Source of the DNA: Octopus sinensis
Lineage: Eukaryota
Reading direction: 5' to 3'
Assembly: GCF_006345805.1 (NCBI RefSeq)
Contig: NC_043006.1
Location: forward strand, 105,710,001-105,774,000
Length of the DNA: 64,000 nt
Shown here: piece by piece, positions 25,311 to 37,028 of the stretch
Layout: every line of letters starts with the position of its first letter
Position numbering within the stretch: position 1 is the first letter of the stretch
Program-made: the position numbers and the translations under genes
Notes under the pieces: generated by a model
What the model was told of the DNA's origin: nothing
Database searches by the model: none
Seen by the model: only the letters and a program-made list of their open reading frames with translations

Positions 25311-26894
25311 ATAGAGAGAGAGAGAGGAGAGAGAGAGAAAAGAAAAGAAAAGAAATGGAGCAATAAATAACAATGAGAAATTGATCATTGCTATTAAAAT
25401 GTCTCCTAGTTTAATTGTAATTCAGAACCATTTACAGCTGTTTCTGTTTATCAAATCGAAGCAAATTTGCATTTATCTCGTTCTATTTAGCAAACATCGT
25501 CAGAATGATTTAGAGGAATATAAAAAGGAGAAGAAGGGAAATGAAAGGAAAAGAAAAAGGCAGAAGAAAAAAGAAAAAAGTTCGTTAAGTCTTTAGGTTT
25601 ACATTTTAGCGACTTTTTGGGTTCCACGCGTGTGTACGTTTCTTCAATTAGATGAATGGAGCAGTAAGTGGGGAAAATGAATAGTTGACCGGCGGTGTTA
25701 GTCGGAGTTACCTAGTGGAGATGTCCGGTGTTGTTAATTGTAATATATAACGCTGTTTTTGACCGCTAGGTTAGTCCCTATGATAACAAATAATGCCCTT
25801 TTTAAAAACTAAGGATACTTTTTAAAGTTAGTACGTTGATTTAAAATGTGATCTAATATATTTGTACTCGCCTAGCAACAGGCGGAGAGCGGAATTTGTA
25901 AAGGCAGGATACATATTTTTTGGTCAAAATAGACGTCAACGATTTTTAAAACTTTCTTGAGCCATAATCGATAAGAAACATAGGCAAAGGGGTGTGGGGT
26001 GGAAGTAGAAAAAGATAAATGAAAGGAAAAGAAGAAAAAGAAAGGAATTTTGTTGCGTTGCCAGATCAAAGAGTTAAACCATTTAAAATGGAAAAAGTTG
26101 GTTATTTTGAGATAAGTATGAACGACTTTCATGAAGTGAAGCTAATGAATATATATGCATAAACTAATGAACATACAAACATCCACACACAGCTCACACA
26201 TCCACACACAGCTCACACATCCACACACACATACGCACGCACACGCACAGATATACACAAAGACAAACGCATCTTACACATACAAACGCACGCACTCATG
26301 CCAGAATATGTACATATAAACACAAACACAGTTGCACGTACACAAACAGACACATACACACACATACAAACGCACATATGCACACATACAAGCACACATA
26401 TGCAAAGGGATATACACCCATGCACAAACAAACCTAAGTACACACTCAGAGAAATGCACGCCCGCACACACAGACACAAAGGCACAAAAGTACATTCATA
26501 CTCCCATACAACCACCGATGGCTGTTTGTCTTGAAACAACGTCACCGTTTTTCGACGAGTTTTTACCAAATTTCACAATGAGATCAAGCTGCAACGTGAA
26601 ACTATGCATTGAACAAGAAAAGAACAAACTTCGGGTTACCCGAGGGTTAAAACGAGTAAGAGTCAAGAAAGGAGATATATATAAAAATCGAAAGTTGTAA
26701 TATAATAGTAGAGTAGGGGGTTTAGATTGAGATACAGAACTTTTGTCAGTTTATCTCTGCTCTGCCTGTCCCTTCAATCTTTCTCTAATCACTCTCAGTC
26801 ACCCTTATCTGTATGGCTTATGGTATGTATGTATGTATGTATGCATGTAAGTATGTAAGTATGCATGCAACTTTGCATGCATGCATGTATGTAC

Positions 26895-26925
<31 letters not shown>

Positions 26926-27483
26926 TGTATGTATGTAGGGAAAAATAAGAAAAATCAACGAAAATGCACATTGTAAATAAAAAAAAAGAAAAGGCTTTTT
27001 TTATGTAGGAAATGGGGACGGTAAACCCGGACCACATGTTTCGAAGCCAATATGAACATATTCTATGTAACTTCATAACAAATGCAAATAAAGCTCAGCT
27101 TTTCCTCAGGCTAATGATACACGGCTGTAATTCACCTTTGCAAGGAAAAGTGTATTTGTGTGTGTTACAAGTTAAGTAAGACATGTTCTGAATAGCTGGG
27201 AAACATATGTAGACTGGATTTACCTTCTCCATTTACTACACTCTTCAATTTATATTCGAAATAGTATCAATCGTTGTTGCTAAACCATGTATTGTATAGT
27301 GACGGTCATCTTATTGAAATTTCCATCTATTTCGATATGGGTCGAAGAGTACAACATACGACGGTAAATAAACTTCGTTGAAATAGTATCATCTGCTTTT
27401 TGTCATCTATACAAACCGTGTACATGCTTGATGCTTATTAATTTCCTGTACCAAGACCTTTCTTTAATCACTCTGCTCTGTCA

Positions 27484-27522
<39 letters not shown>

Positions 27523-27802
27523 CACACGCACACGTGCTTTTCAAATATCAAGGAAGTGTGTCGAAATTTACCATTTCGTTTGTTTAGATTTCTAAAATGT
27601 TAAACTTTTAAAACTCTGTAAATCGAAGTTAATGCTTACAAGTTTCAGTATATTCCAGGGTTTATTAAAAATAAATAAATAAATTGCAATACCTGAATAT
27701 ATTTTAGTTATAAATAGATTTAAACATGAAGCCATACTAAATTTTGGATTACATAATTTTAATAGCGGCAAAAACAAATGCCAACAATGCATATTTTACT
27801 TT

Positions 27803-27925
27803 AAGGCGGCGAGCTGGCAGAATCGTTAGCATGCCAGAGAAAATGCTTAGCGGCATTTCGTCCGTCTTTACGTTTTGAGTTCAAATTCTGCCGAGTTCGA
27901 CTTTACCTTTCATCCTTTCGGGCCT
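27803..27925 (+). mobile_element. SINE family A, 5' part
   Basis: AAGGCGGCGAGCTGGCAGAATCGTTAGC...GAGTTCAAATTC. Confidence 0.85.
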
Positions 27926-27944
27926 CATCTAGTGTTGTAGTAAT

Positions 27945-28158
27945 TTACCCACAGCTCACAAGATTGTTCGTTTTTGGTTTTAAGCTGCCGCTCAGTCTTG
28001 TACACAATGAGAGACCTGAGCGCAGTATTGGAAAACGATCTGAATAGGCTGAGTCTATGAAACAGGTCAAGCAGCATAATGTCTCACATACTGGTATTTG
28101 AGGCTCTCGACCGCATTTCACAAGATTTCAGAGGTAATACTAACATCAAAGACAGTCA
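27945..28158 (+). mobile_element. Helitron PIF1 helicase fragment, part 1
   Basis: FKLPLSL...FEALDRISQDFRGN, matching the Helitron HS.FKLPL / EALDR.LQDLR motifs. Confidence 0.75.
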
Positions 28159-28433
28159 GTGGAGGCACATGGCCTAGTGGCTAGAGCAGCGGTCTCGCGG
28201 GTTCGAATCTCAGACCGGGCGATGTGTGTGTTTATGAGCGAAACACCTAAGCTCCACGCAGCTCCGGCAGAAGGTATGGCGAAACTTCTACTGACTCTTT
28301 CGCCACAACTTTCTCTCACTCTGTTTTCCTGCTTCTTGCAGCTCACCGGCGCCCCATCCAGGTGGGAAACTTATACGCCAAGAAACCGGGAAACCGGCCC
28401 TTATGAGCCAGGCATGGCTCGAGAAGGAACAAC
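28159..28433 (+). mobile_element. SINE family C inserted in the Helitron
   Basis: A-box TGGCCTAGTGG, B-box GGTTCGAATCT; 12-bp TSD CAAAGACAGTCA at 28147-28158 and 28434-28445. Confidence 0.9.
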
Positions 28434-29210
28434 CAAAGACAGTCACAGTCTTGCTCTCTGCTGATTGCAGTCAAACCAAGCCAGTCATTATAAAGAGTAT
28501 ACTTGCTCATCAGTTGGGAGTATACCCAAAGAAACCCTATACTTCAAGACGAGTAGAAAAAAACGTTGGTTTCCCAACTAGTATAAGAATTTTAATGGAG
28601 ATGTCTCAGCAGCCCGGTATGCATATGTTTTACTTGAGTAGGGGGTCATTTGATGCTGAAGGTAGAGATGTGAAAGTACAAGAGAATTGTAGAAATATCA
28701 TCAACATCTCCCAAGTTTAAGTTCATCCCAGCCTTAGAGATTCATAGAAACACAAGTGCCTTGCTGATAGAGCCATTCTGTCTCCCCAAAATGACATGGG
28801 AATTGATATTTATGCTACCATAATTCAACAGCTACGAGTCCAATTCAGGTGGAACAACCCGTTTATCTGGTTAACGCTTCCAGCTATCCAATAAAGCCCT
28901 TACTCACCAAGGGGAACCGAAAATAAGAGCACTCATGTTGCTACAAATTTAGATGCACCAAACTCTGTGATGGTATGGAATTTGCTATCTAAACTATTAT
29001 TTCCCCATTGTGATCGGAAACAACATTATGACTGGCTGTGCTTGAAGAGAAGTTCGCATTCACCTCATCCGGTCTGACATACTATTTCTATTTAAACGAC
29101 TTAACGATCATTAAGTTCCAGGAATAGTCTTTTAGAATTTCTAGGGTTGATGTGAAAAGTTCACGTTTCTCTTCGGGGCAAATCTATGTTGCATGTTTTG
29201 TGGTAAGCAA
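28434..29210 (+). mobile_element. Helitron PIF1 helicase fragment, part 2
   Basis: TVLLSADCSQTKPVI (GDFRQ.LPV), DRAILSPQND, LDAPKLCDG, TIIKFQE*SF (TINKSQGQS) and GQIYVAC motifs in the correct order. Confidence 0.8.
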
Positions 29211-29794
29211 ACGTCTTCTTAATCAAAGCACCAGATTAGCAGATATTCAAAATACTTGTTGACGGAATCGCACGTCACCGTTTGAATTGCTTGCGTATGA
29301 CGTGTTGCATATCACTTTAAATTTACAGGGAAATATATAAAGTAAAACAATGCGTTTTTGTAAGCAACAACATTTAAATTGCATTATCAATAGACTCTGT
29401 CTCTGAGTCACAAGTATGATAGAAATCTACAAAAATTCAATGTAATGTAGATGCAGCTAAAACAAAATGTTATCTATATGCATATATAATTACATAAAAG
29501 TCTACATAAAAATATGTTATGAGTTAAGTTGTCGTGGCCGATAGTTAACGAACTAACAGTCAGTGTGTTACAATGAAATAAAGCTGGCTTTTTGTTCTCC
29601 GAGATTGGGACTCACATTCTAGTGTGTAGGAGTGTGTTATATTAATGGTATCTATCATTATACTGATCCTCGCTTCTTCGTATGGTCATGCTGAGTTAAT
29701 ATTGTCGTGACAAGCGTTAGCACAAACCCGATAATGTCTAGCTTGATAGTGTGTGCTAGCTTTAAATGACAGAGGTGGTATCTATGCCCGACTA

Positions 29795-30038
29795 AAGTAA
29801 GTTTCCTTCTCGAGTCGTACCGACGCATAAGGGCCGGTTTCCCGGTTTCATGACGTATATATTCCCGACTTGGCTAGGACGCCGATCCGTCGCAGGATTA
29901 CTCATTTTTGCCTCCTGAGTGGACCGGAGCAAAGTGTTTTAGTGAAGAGCACAATGCGTCGCTCGGTCCAGGAATCGAAACCACAATCTTACGATCATGC
30001 GTTCAACACCTTAATCACTAAGCTATACGCCTCCACAT
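29795..30038 (-). mobile_element. SINE family C
   Basis: rc carries GCTTAGTG..AAGGTGTTG..CATGATCGTAAGATTGTGGTTTCGATTCC and GGAAACCGGCCCTTATG. Confidence 0.8.
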
Positions 30039-30294
30039 CTATGCTCGAGGGGGCAAAATAACATCGAAACACCATACATGGCAGTCATTTTACACATAAA
30101 GTATATTGGGAGAAATTTGCACGGTACAAAGAATCCTGCAGAGAATGGCATTCATATTCTGGTATTGAGGAAAATGCTAAAAATAAATGTAGACATTAGT
30201 ACTTGTTTTCACCGGTCGCTAAATAAGGACCGTGAACAAACCAACACCGGTTGTCAACATTCATTCATACATACATACATGCATACATATATAT

Positions 30295-30540
30295 TGTTGT
30301 AACGTAATTGTTATATACAATAAGATAACCAGACAACAGTAAAAACAATGTAACGGACTAACAAATCTCTTTACGAACCAATATTCCTTGTGAACCAACT
30401 GACACCTTCCGACCTCACTGCAAACTAATACGAACTTCACTCGACTCCGAACTCTGAACTCTCGAATTCACTCGGATCGTTATTATTTACCCAGACCAGT
30501 CTATCTCTCACAAGGGGGCGTCGTAACTCTCATCGCAACA
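30295..30540. mobile_element. probable solo LTR (246 bp)
   Basis: TGTTG...CAACA inverted termini; TATAT on both flanks. Confidence 0.5.
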
Positions 30541-31256
30541 TATATATATCTATACATATAAATTTGACGTGGTTGATTCTTTCTTATCTTGGGATTCACG
30601 GTCAAACGGCTGGGTGGAATTGCGCCAAAAGTTACAAAGATGTGTAGAATGATCCGGTGGTGATGCTGGGCTTTGTATTTTTTCAAAGCTCCCATGGTTA
30701 CCGAGATAATCTACTATGATAATACTCTTGTGTTTATGAATGAGAAAGGAAGGGGTGATAGATGAATAAGGAAGGAAGGGGTGATATATGAATAAGGAAG
30801 GAAGGGATGATGGATGAATAAGGAAGGAAGGGAAGATGTCATACTTGGTAGTGAGATGATGAAAATTGTGCGCTGAAAAAATAAATCAAACAGAGTTTCA
30901 ACTTTGTGTGAATATACGTGTTTATATAAATGAGGGATATGTGAATGCGTGTGTGTGTGCTTGTGTGTGTCTGTGTTTGCGTGTGTGTGTGCGTGTGCAA
31001 TGAAAGTAGGTGGTTCATCTTTGTTCACTTAGTATTTGGGTTTCTTTTTTAATTTGGTTGAATCCTGGTTGTTTTTTTTTTGTTGGTCAGTTATTTTTAG
31101 CGTTTTGACTGAAAAAAGTCATTCTAAAATTGCTTTTTAACGTAAGCGTGCCCAAACAAGTCGAATGCTTACACAGAGCAGGTTTGACAGCCACATCATC
31201 GAAATCGACCGGATGAAACTGGGCTTAGATGCTAGTATATATATATATATATAATA

Positions 31257-31492
31257 AATATTAGGGAATAAATCCAAATTTACAGGGAAAAAATCAGATT
31301 TAGGATTAAATCCAATTTTATAGTAAAATATTATAAAATATTATTAGAGACAAAACCACTATTTTGCAAAACAAACAAGGAAAGACTTAATCAATACATA
31401 AAATTTTAATAAATAGACTATTTATTAAAATTTTATGTATTGATTAAGTCTTTCCTTGTTTGTTTTGCAAAATAGTGGTTTTGTCTCTAATA

Positions 31493-31502
<10 letters not shown>
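31257..31502. mobile_element. (TA)n-flanked repeat ending in an 85-bp perfect palindrome
   Basis: Same family as 48340-48890; arms 31332-31416 and 31418-31502 around a single central A. Confidence 0.85.
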
Positions 31503-31550
<48 letters not shown>

Positions 31551-31659
31551 TAAACTCATGGTACAATATGTACCGGTTTGCTTGGAAGTAGAATAACATT
31601 TTCCAAAACCACGTATCTCTCACTATATGTAAACACGCACGGACACTGTAGTAAATACA

Positions 31660-32025
31660 GGCGCAGGAGTGGCAGTGTGGCAAGTAGCTTGCTTACCAAC
31701 CACATGGTTCCGAGTTCAGTCCCACTGTATATAGTCTTCTACTATAGTCTCGGGTCGACCAAAGCCTTGTGAGTGAATTTGGTAGACAGAAACTGAAAGA
31801 AGTGTGTCGTATATATGTATATATATATGTTTGTGTGTCTGTGTTTGTCCCCACAACATTGCTTGACAACCGATGGTGGTGAGTTTCTTACCCTGTAACT
31901 TAGCGGGACGATAGAATAAGTACTAGGCTTACAAAGAATAAGTCCTGGAGTCTATTTGCTCGACTAAATGCGGTGCTGCAGCATGGCCGCAGTCAAATGA
32001 CTGAAACAAATAAAAGAGGGTAAAG
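31660..32025 (+). mobile_element. SINE family B
   Basis: GGCGCAGGAGTGGC head, GAGTTCAGTCCC B-box, standard 3' end. Confidence 0.85.
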
Positions 32026-32294
32026 AGAGCAAATACATTTAGAAAAAACGATTCTTCCAGTTTGAAAATCTACAAAGAGGAATGTAGATATTCCAGTATC
32101 TACATTGACACTTAAAGCTCATCAGCTAGATTTACCACGCAAACTATTTTCAAAAATATATTACCTTTCCGTGCGCGTTTGTTCAACTGAAGGCCCCGTG
32201 ACATCCAAACGAAATTTAGTGAGCAAATCTATCTATGTATATATGTATGTATGTATGTGTGTGTGTATGTATGTGTGTGTGTGTGTGTGTATAT

Positions 32295-32440
32295 ACACGA
32301 CGGGCTAGTTTCCGCCTACCAAATCTACTCACAAGTTGGCCACCGCCTGTAACAAAACACTTGCTCAAGGCACCATCCAGTGGAACTAGACCCGGAACAT
32401 GTGGTTGGGAAGCAAGCTTCATACCACACAGCTACGCCTG
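32295..32440 (-). mobile_element. SINE family B, 5' part
   Basis: CACTTGCTCAAGGCACCA..GTGGAACTAGACCCGGAACATGTGGTTGG. Confidence 0.7.
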
Positions 32441-33167
32441 CCCTTACACACACACACACACACGTGTGTATGTGTGTTTATATGTTAAAAGCTATGCATA
32501 GAAATAATGGAACCAGCTGTTGTTATCTAATATTGATATGTTAGCAAAGCAATAATTTTCACAATGATGTCTTTTTCATAACAGACATATATGTTCCCAC
32601 ATACACACACACATACCTACATATACAGTATATGTATGTATATGTATACGCATGTATGCACATATACATATACATACACGCATACTCACACACAGAGACA
32701 CACACATACATTCACGCACACACAATTATAGTCGAACAAAGTATTATTGCTAACATATGTGTCCACAGTCGACAGCAAAATTGTCTCACTTTCTCTCACA
32801 CACGCACGGAAACATAAATTTGCTCTCTCTCCCCCATACTGAGACACAAGCACAAACTCGCAGACGCATACACACACACATACTCGCAGACGCATACACA
32901 CATACACACACATGGATTGGAATATCTTGATAAGCCTAGCTTAGTGGAATAACAGCGAATAGATTATTCACAAGTATTAATGAATATTTTAACAAATCTC
33001 AAACTCCCATTTTATTTATGTTGATATCAATGTGACATTAGTAAACGTGTGTCTAGGTGGGATGCCTTGTTGCCGTCAACTGGTCCGCTAAATGTCAATT
33101 AAACTACACCTCATCTCGATATATATAAACGGCAAAATGTCTGCCTGCGCGCGCGCGCGCGCGTGTC

Positions 33168-33204
<37 letters not shown>

Positions 33205-33282
33205 CTCCTTTATACAAATCCACAATCTTAGACGGCTCGCACTTTCTATGGTCATTCAAAACCGTCCAAGCCTGGTCGTGCA

Positions 33283-33492
33283 CATACTCTCTTTTACTCT
33301 TTTACTTGTTTCAGTCACTTGACTGCGGCCATGCTGGAACACCATCTTTAGTCGAGCAAATCTACTCCAGGACTTATTCTTTGTAAGCCTACTACTTATT
33401 CTATCGGTCTTTTGCCGAACCGCTAAGTGTCGGGGACGTAAACACACCAGCATCAGTTGTCAACCGATGCTGGGGGGACAAACACAGACACA

Positions 33493-33552
<60 letters not shown>

Positions 33553-33716
33553 CGACGGGCTTCTTTCAGTTTGCATCTACCAAATCCACTCACGAGGCTT
33601 TGGTCGGCCCGAGGCTATAGTACAAGACACTTGCCCTACGTGCTACGCAGAGGGACTGAACCCGGAACCCTGTGGTTGGTAAGCAAGCTACATACCACAC
33701 AGCCACTTCTACGCCT
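33283..33716 (-). mobile_element. SINE family B, full length
   Basis: Collinear with 15200-15617. Confidence 0.9.
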
Positions 33717-33912
33717 ACATTTCCCAAGTCACCCCGCAAAGCAATTAAAAAATCAATAGAAGTGACTTTTTTGTGAATTTTCTATCCAAAACCCAATCAA
33801 AATGCCCGAAACTTGATATGCCAATTGAATGCCAGCTAGCTGTATGTGATTGGTCGGAGATTTGAACAGTACTCGCGTGTATGTGCGCACGCATGCAGCT
33901 GTATATGCATGC

Positions 33913-33953
33913 ACTAGCACTATGACCCGGCGTTGCCGGGTCATAGTGCTAGT
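33913..33953. repeat. 19-bp perfect hairpin ending CTAGT (Helitron-type terminus)
   Basis: ACTAGCACTATGACCCGGC-GTT-GCCGGGTCATAGTGCTAGT. Confidence 0.75.
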
Positions 33954-34239
33954 CGTTAATAAAAAAGGATACACAGAAACTGATTTCCCTTTTAGTGCCA
34001 TGCTTGTGGTGTAGGCTCTTTCGGTTTTACCAATATATGATAAATCTAAATTCAGGCGTGAATGTGTGGTTAATGGATTTGCTAGACAACCATAAGGTTT
34101 CCGGTTCAATCTTACTGCGCGGTATCTGTCTATTTGTCTGTCTGTATGGATGTACGTACGTATGTATGTATGTATGTATGTATGTATGTATGTATGTATG
34201 TATGTATGTATGTATGTATGTGTGTATAATTTAAAGAAG

Positions 34240-34633
34240 AATGTTTCAGTCGAAATGGTGAATCTCAGTGACGTTTTTGTGTGCAAAGTTCATGACAGAC
34301 CATGCTTTTCTTTTGCTGGGTTCAAATCTTATTGGCAGATCCATAAAAAAAACGAACCTACATCAACTACCTTGCCTATATATATGTGCACACACTTCAA
34401 TGCCGTGTATGCCATAAGGACTGTAAATTTAACGGATGCCTCAAACGACATTATAAGATCCACAAAGATCAAAACTTGACGGCAGTTCTTGGCGGTCCAG
34501 GTCAGATATGCAATCTATGTGGGAGCCTTTTCAGTACAATGTCTGGTTTAAAAAGCCACATCAAACGCCATGATGGGTCTAAGGTGTTGGTACAAGAGAT
34601 GGTCAGAATCTGCATGAGGAGTGGACAACCACC

Positions 34634-34636
<3 letters not shown>
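34240..34636 (+). mobile_element. three C2H2 zinc fingers, probably a LINE (RTE-like) ORF C-terminus
   Basis: CKVHDRPCFSFAGFKSYWQIH (decayed), CRVCHKDCKFNGCLKRHYKIH, CNLCGSLFSTMSGLKSHIKRH; no TGEKP linkers; frameshift; runs into a (TATG)n tail. Confidence 0.6.
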
Positions 34637-34666
<30 letters not shown>

Positions 34667-35635
34667 TGTATGTATGTATGTATGTATGTATGTATGTATG
34701 TATGTATGTATGCATGTATGCATGTATGCATGTATGTATGTATGTATGTATGTATGCATGTATGTATGTATGTATGTATGTATGTATGTATGTATGTATG
34801 CATGTATGTATGTATGCATGTATGTATGTATGTATGTATGCATGTATGTATGTATGCATGTATGTATGCATGCATGTATGCATGTATGTATGTATGTATG
34901 TATGCATGCATGTATGTATGTATGTATGCATGCATGTATGCATGTATGTATGTATGTGTGAATGTATGTATGTATGTATGTATGTATGTATGCATGCATG
35001 TATGTATGTATGTATGCATGCATGTATGTATGTATGTATGTATGTATGTTTGCATGTATGTATGTATGTGTATGTATGTATGTATGTATGTATGTATGTA
35101 TGTATGTATGCATGTATGTATGTATGTATGTATGCATGCATGTATGCATGTATGTATGTATGTGTATATGTATGTATGTATGTATGTATGTATGCATGCA
35201 TGTATGTATGTATGTATGTATGTGTGTATGTATACATGTATGTATGTATGCATGTATGTATACATGTATGTATGTATGTATGTATGCATGTATGTATGTA
35301 TGTTTGCATGTATGTATGTATGTATGTATGTTTGCATGTATGTATGTATGTATGTATGCATGTATGTATGTATGTATGTATGTATGTACGTATGTATATT
35401 TCTATGTATGTATGTATGTATGCATGTATGTATGTATGTATGTATGCATGCATGCATGTATGTATGTATGTATGTATGTATGTATGTATGCATGTACGCA
35501 TGTATGTATGTATGTATGCATGCATGCATGTATGCGTGCATGTATGTTTGTATGTATGTATGTATGCACGTATGTATGTATGTATGTTTGTATGTATCTA
35601 TGCATGTATGTATATATATATGTATGTATGTATGT
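34637..35635. repeat. ~1-kb (TATG)n array with CATG variants
   Basis: Direct reading. Confidence 0.95.
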
Positions 35636-36190
35636 TATGTCAGGGCACTTTCGAGTGCTACTGGTGACATGTAACCCAGTGCAACCTATTGCATGGTCGG
35701 GTCGTTGGCGTCTAAACCGGCAACCCCACCAAGCTTGCTTGGTGAGGAGGGTGTTTATTGGACACCCTGCGGGATGGAAAACAAAACCCGTCAAAGGGCG
35801 GAGCAACTCTTGAGAGTCAACGGCCATCCAATAAATGTCTTAAAACTGTATCATGCGCGGGGACATAGAAATAATCGGACTGAATACCCGATCGCGCGGT
35901 TAAACCATTGGGAGTGAAGGACTCCTAGCCTTTGTTAGGGCATCCTTCTAGGAGAAGGTAACTCAGGTAACTGGGATAACTCCAACATAAAACCAGCGGC
36001 TCAGTGGTTACCGATGAAGTTGACTTTTCTTCTTTTCGGATTATGGCTGCTATTGCTTAGTGACTGGGATTGACTCAGTGCACAACCTTTCCTCACTTTA
36101 AAAAAAAATCTTCTTGCACAGGCATTGCACGATAACAACATTGATTAAGCTTCGTGCAATGGCCATACTCGATAACGAGGGCGCAGCCAC
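35636..36190 (+). mobile_element. GC-richer segment resembling an RTE LINE 5' UTR
   Basis: GGGCATCCTTCTAGGAGAAGGTAACTC and GGCAACCCCACC motifs; no ORF; recognised by eye only. Confidence 0.4.
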
Positions 36191-36207
36191 CATGTATGTA
36201 TGTACTT

Positions 36208-36465
36208 GTTGCGCGTTGTGCTCTTGAGCAAGACACTTGATTTCACATTGTTTCAGTTCACTTAGCTGTAGAAATGAGTTGCGATGTCAAGGGTATCAAG
36301 CTGTATCGGTCTTTGCCTTTCCTTTGGATAACATCGGTGACGTGGAGAGGGGAGGCCGGTATGCTCGGGCGACTGTTGATCTTCCATTAAGAATCTTGCC
36401 CGGACTTGTATCTAGGAGGGTAACTTTCTAGGTGCAATCTCATGGTCATTGATGAATGAAAGGTT
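36208..36465 (+). mobile_element. SINE family C, 5'-truncated
   Basis: Matches the rc of 1407-1680. Confidence 0.8.
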
Positions 36466-36619
36466 ATGTATGTATATGTGTGTGATTGAGTGGGAGAGTA
36501 TGTATGTATCTGAATATGTGTTTGAAGGAGACTGTCTATGTATGTATATGTATACATGTTTTATGTATTGGTATCTAGATCCGTGTGTTTACACTTATAT
36601 GTGTGTATGTTAGACATTA

Positions 36620-37013
36620 GGCGTAGGCGTGGCTGTTGGGTAAGAAGCTTACTTCCCAACCACATGGTTCCGGGTTCAGTCCCACTGCGTCGTAGTTTAG
36701 GCAAGTGTCTTCTAGTATAACCTCGGGCCGACCAAATCCTTGCGAATGGATTTGGTAGGCGGAAACTGAAAGAGTCCTGTCGGATATATGTATGTATATC
36801 TGTGTGTGGGTGCCGTTGTGCCTGTGTTTGTCTCCGCACCACCACTTGACAACCGGTGTTGGTGTGTTTGCTTCATCGTAACCTAGCGCTTCGGCAAAAA
36901 GACCGATAGAGTAAATACCAAGTTTTAAAAAGAAGTACTGGTGTCGTTTCCTTCGGTTAAAATTTCTTCAAGGCATGGCCACAGTCTAATGACTGAAACA
37001 AGTATAAGATAAA
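36620..37013 (+). mobile_element. SINE family B
   Basis: GGTTCCGGGTTCAGTCCCACTGCGT head and standard body. Confidence 0.85.
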
Positions 37014-37028
37014 GGATACGTATGTATA

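Noticed and set aside
34386-34620. Host C2H2 zinc-finger gene
   Set aside because: Not called as a gene: frameshift, decayed first finger, no TGEKP linkers, and a direct junction to a repeat tail
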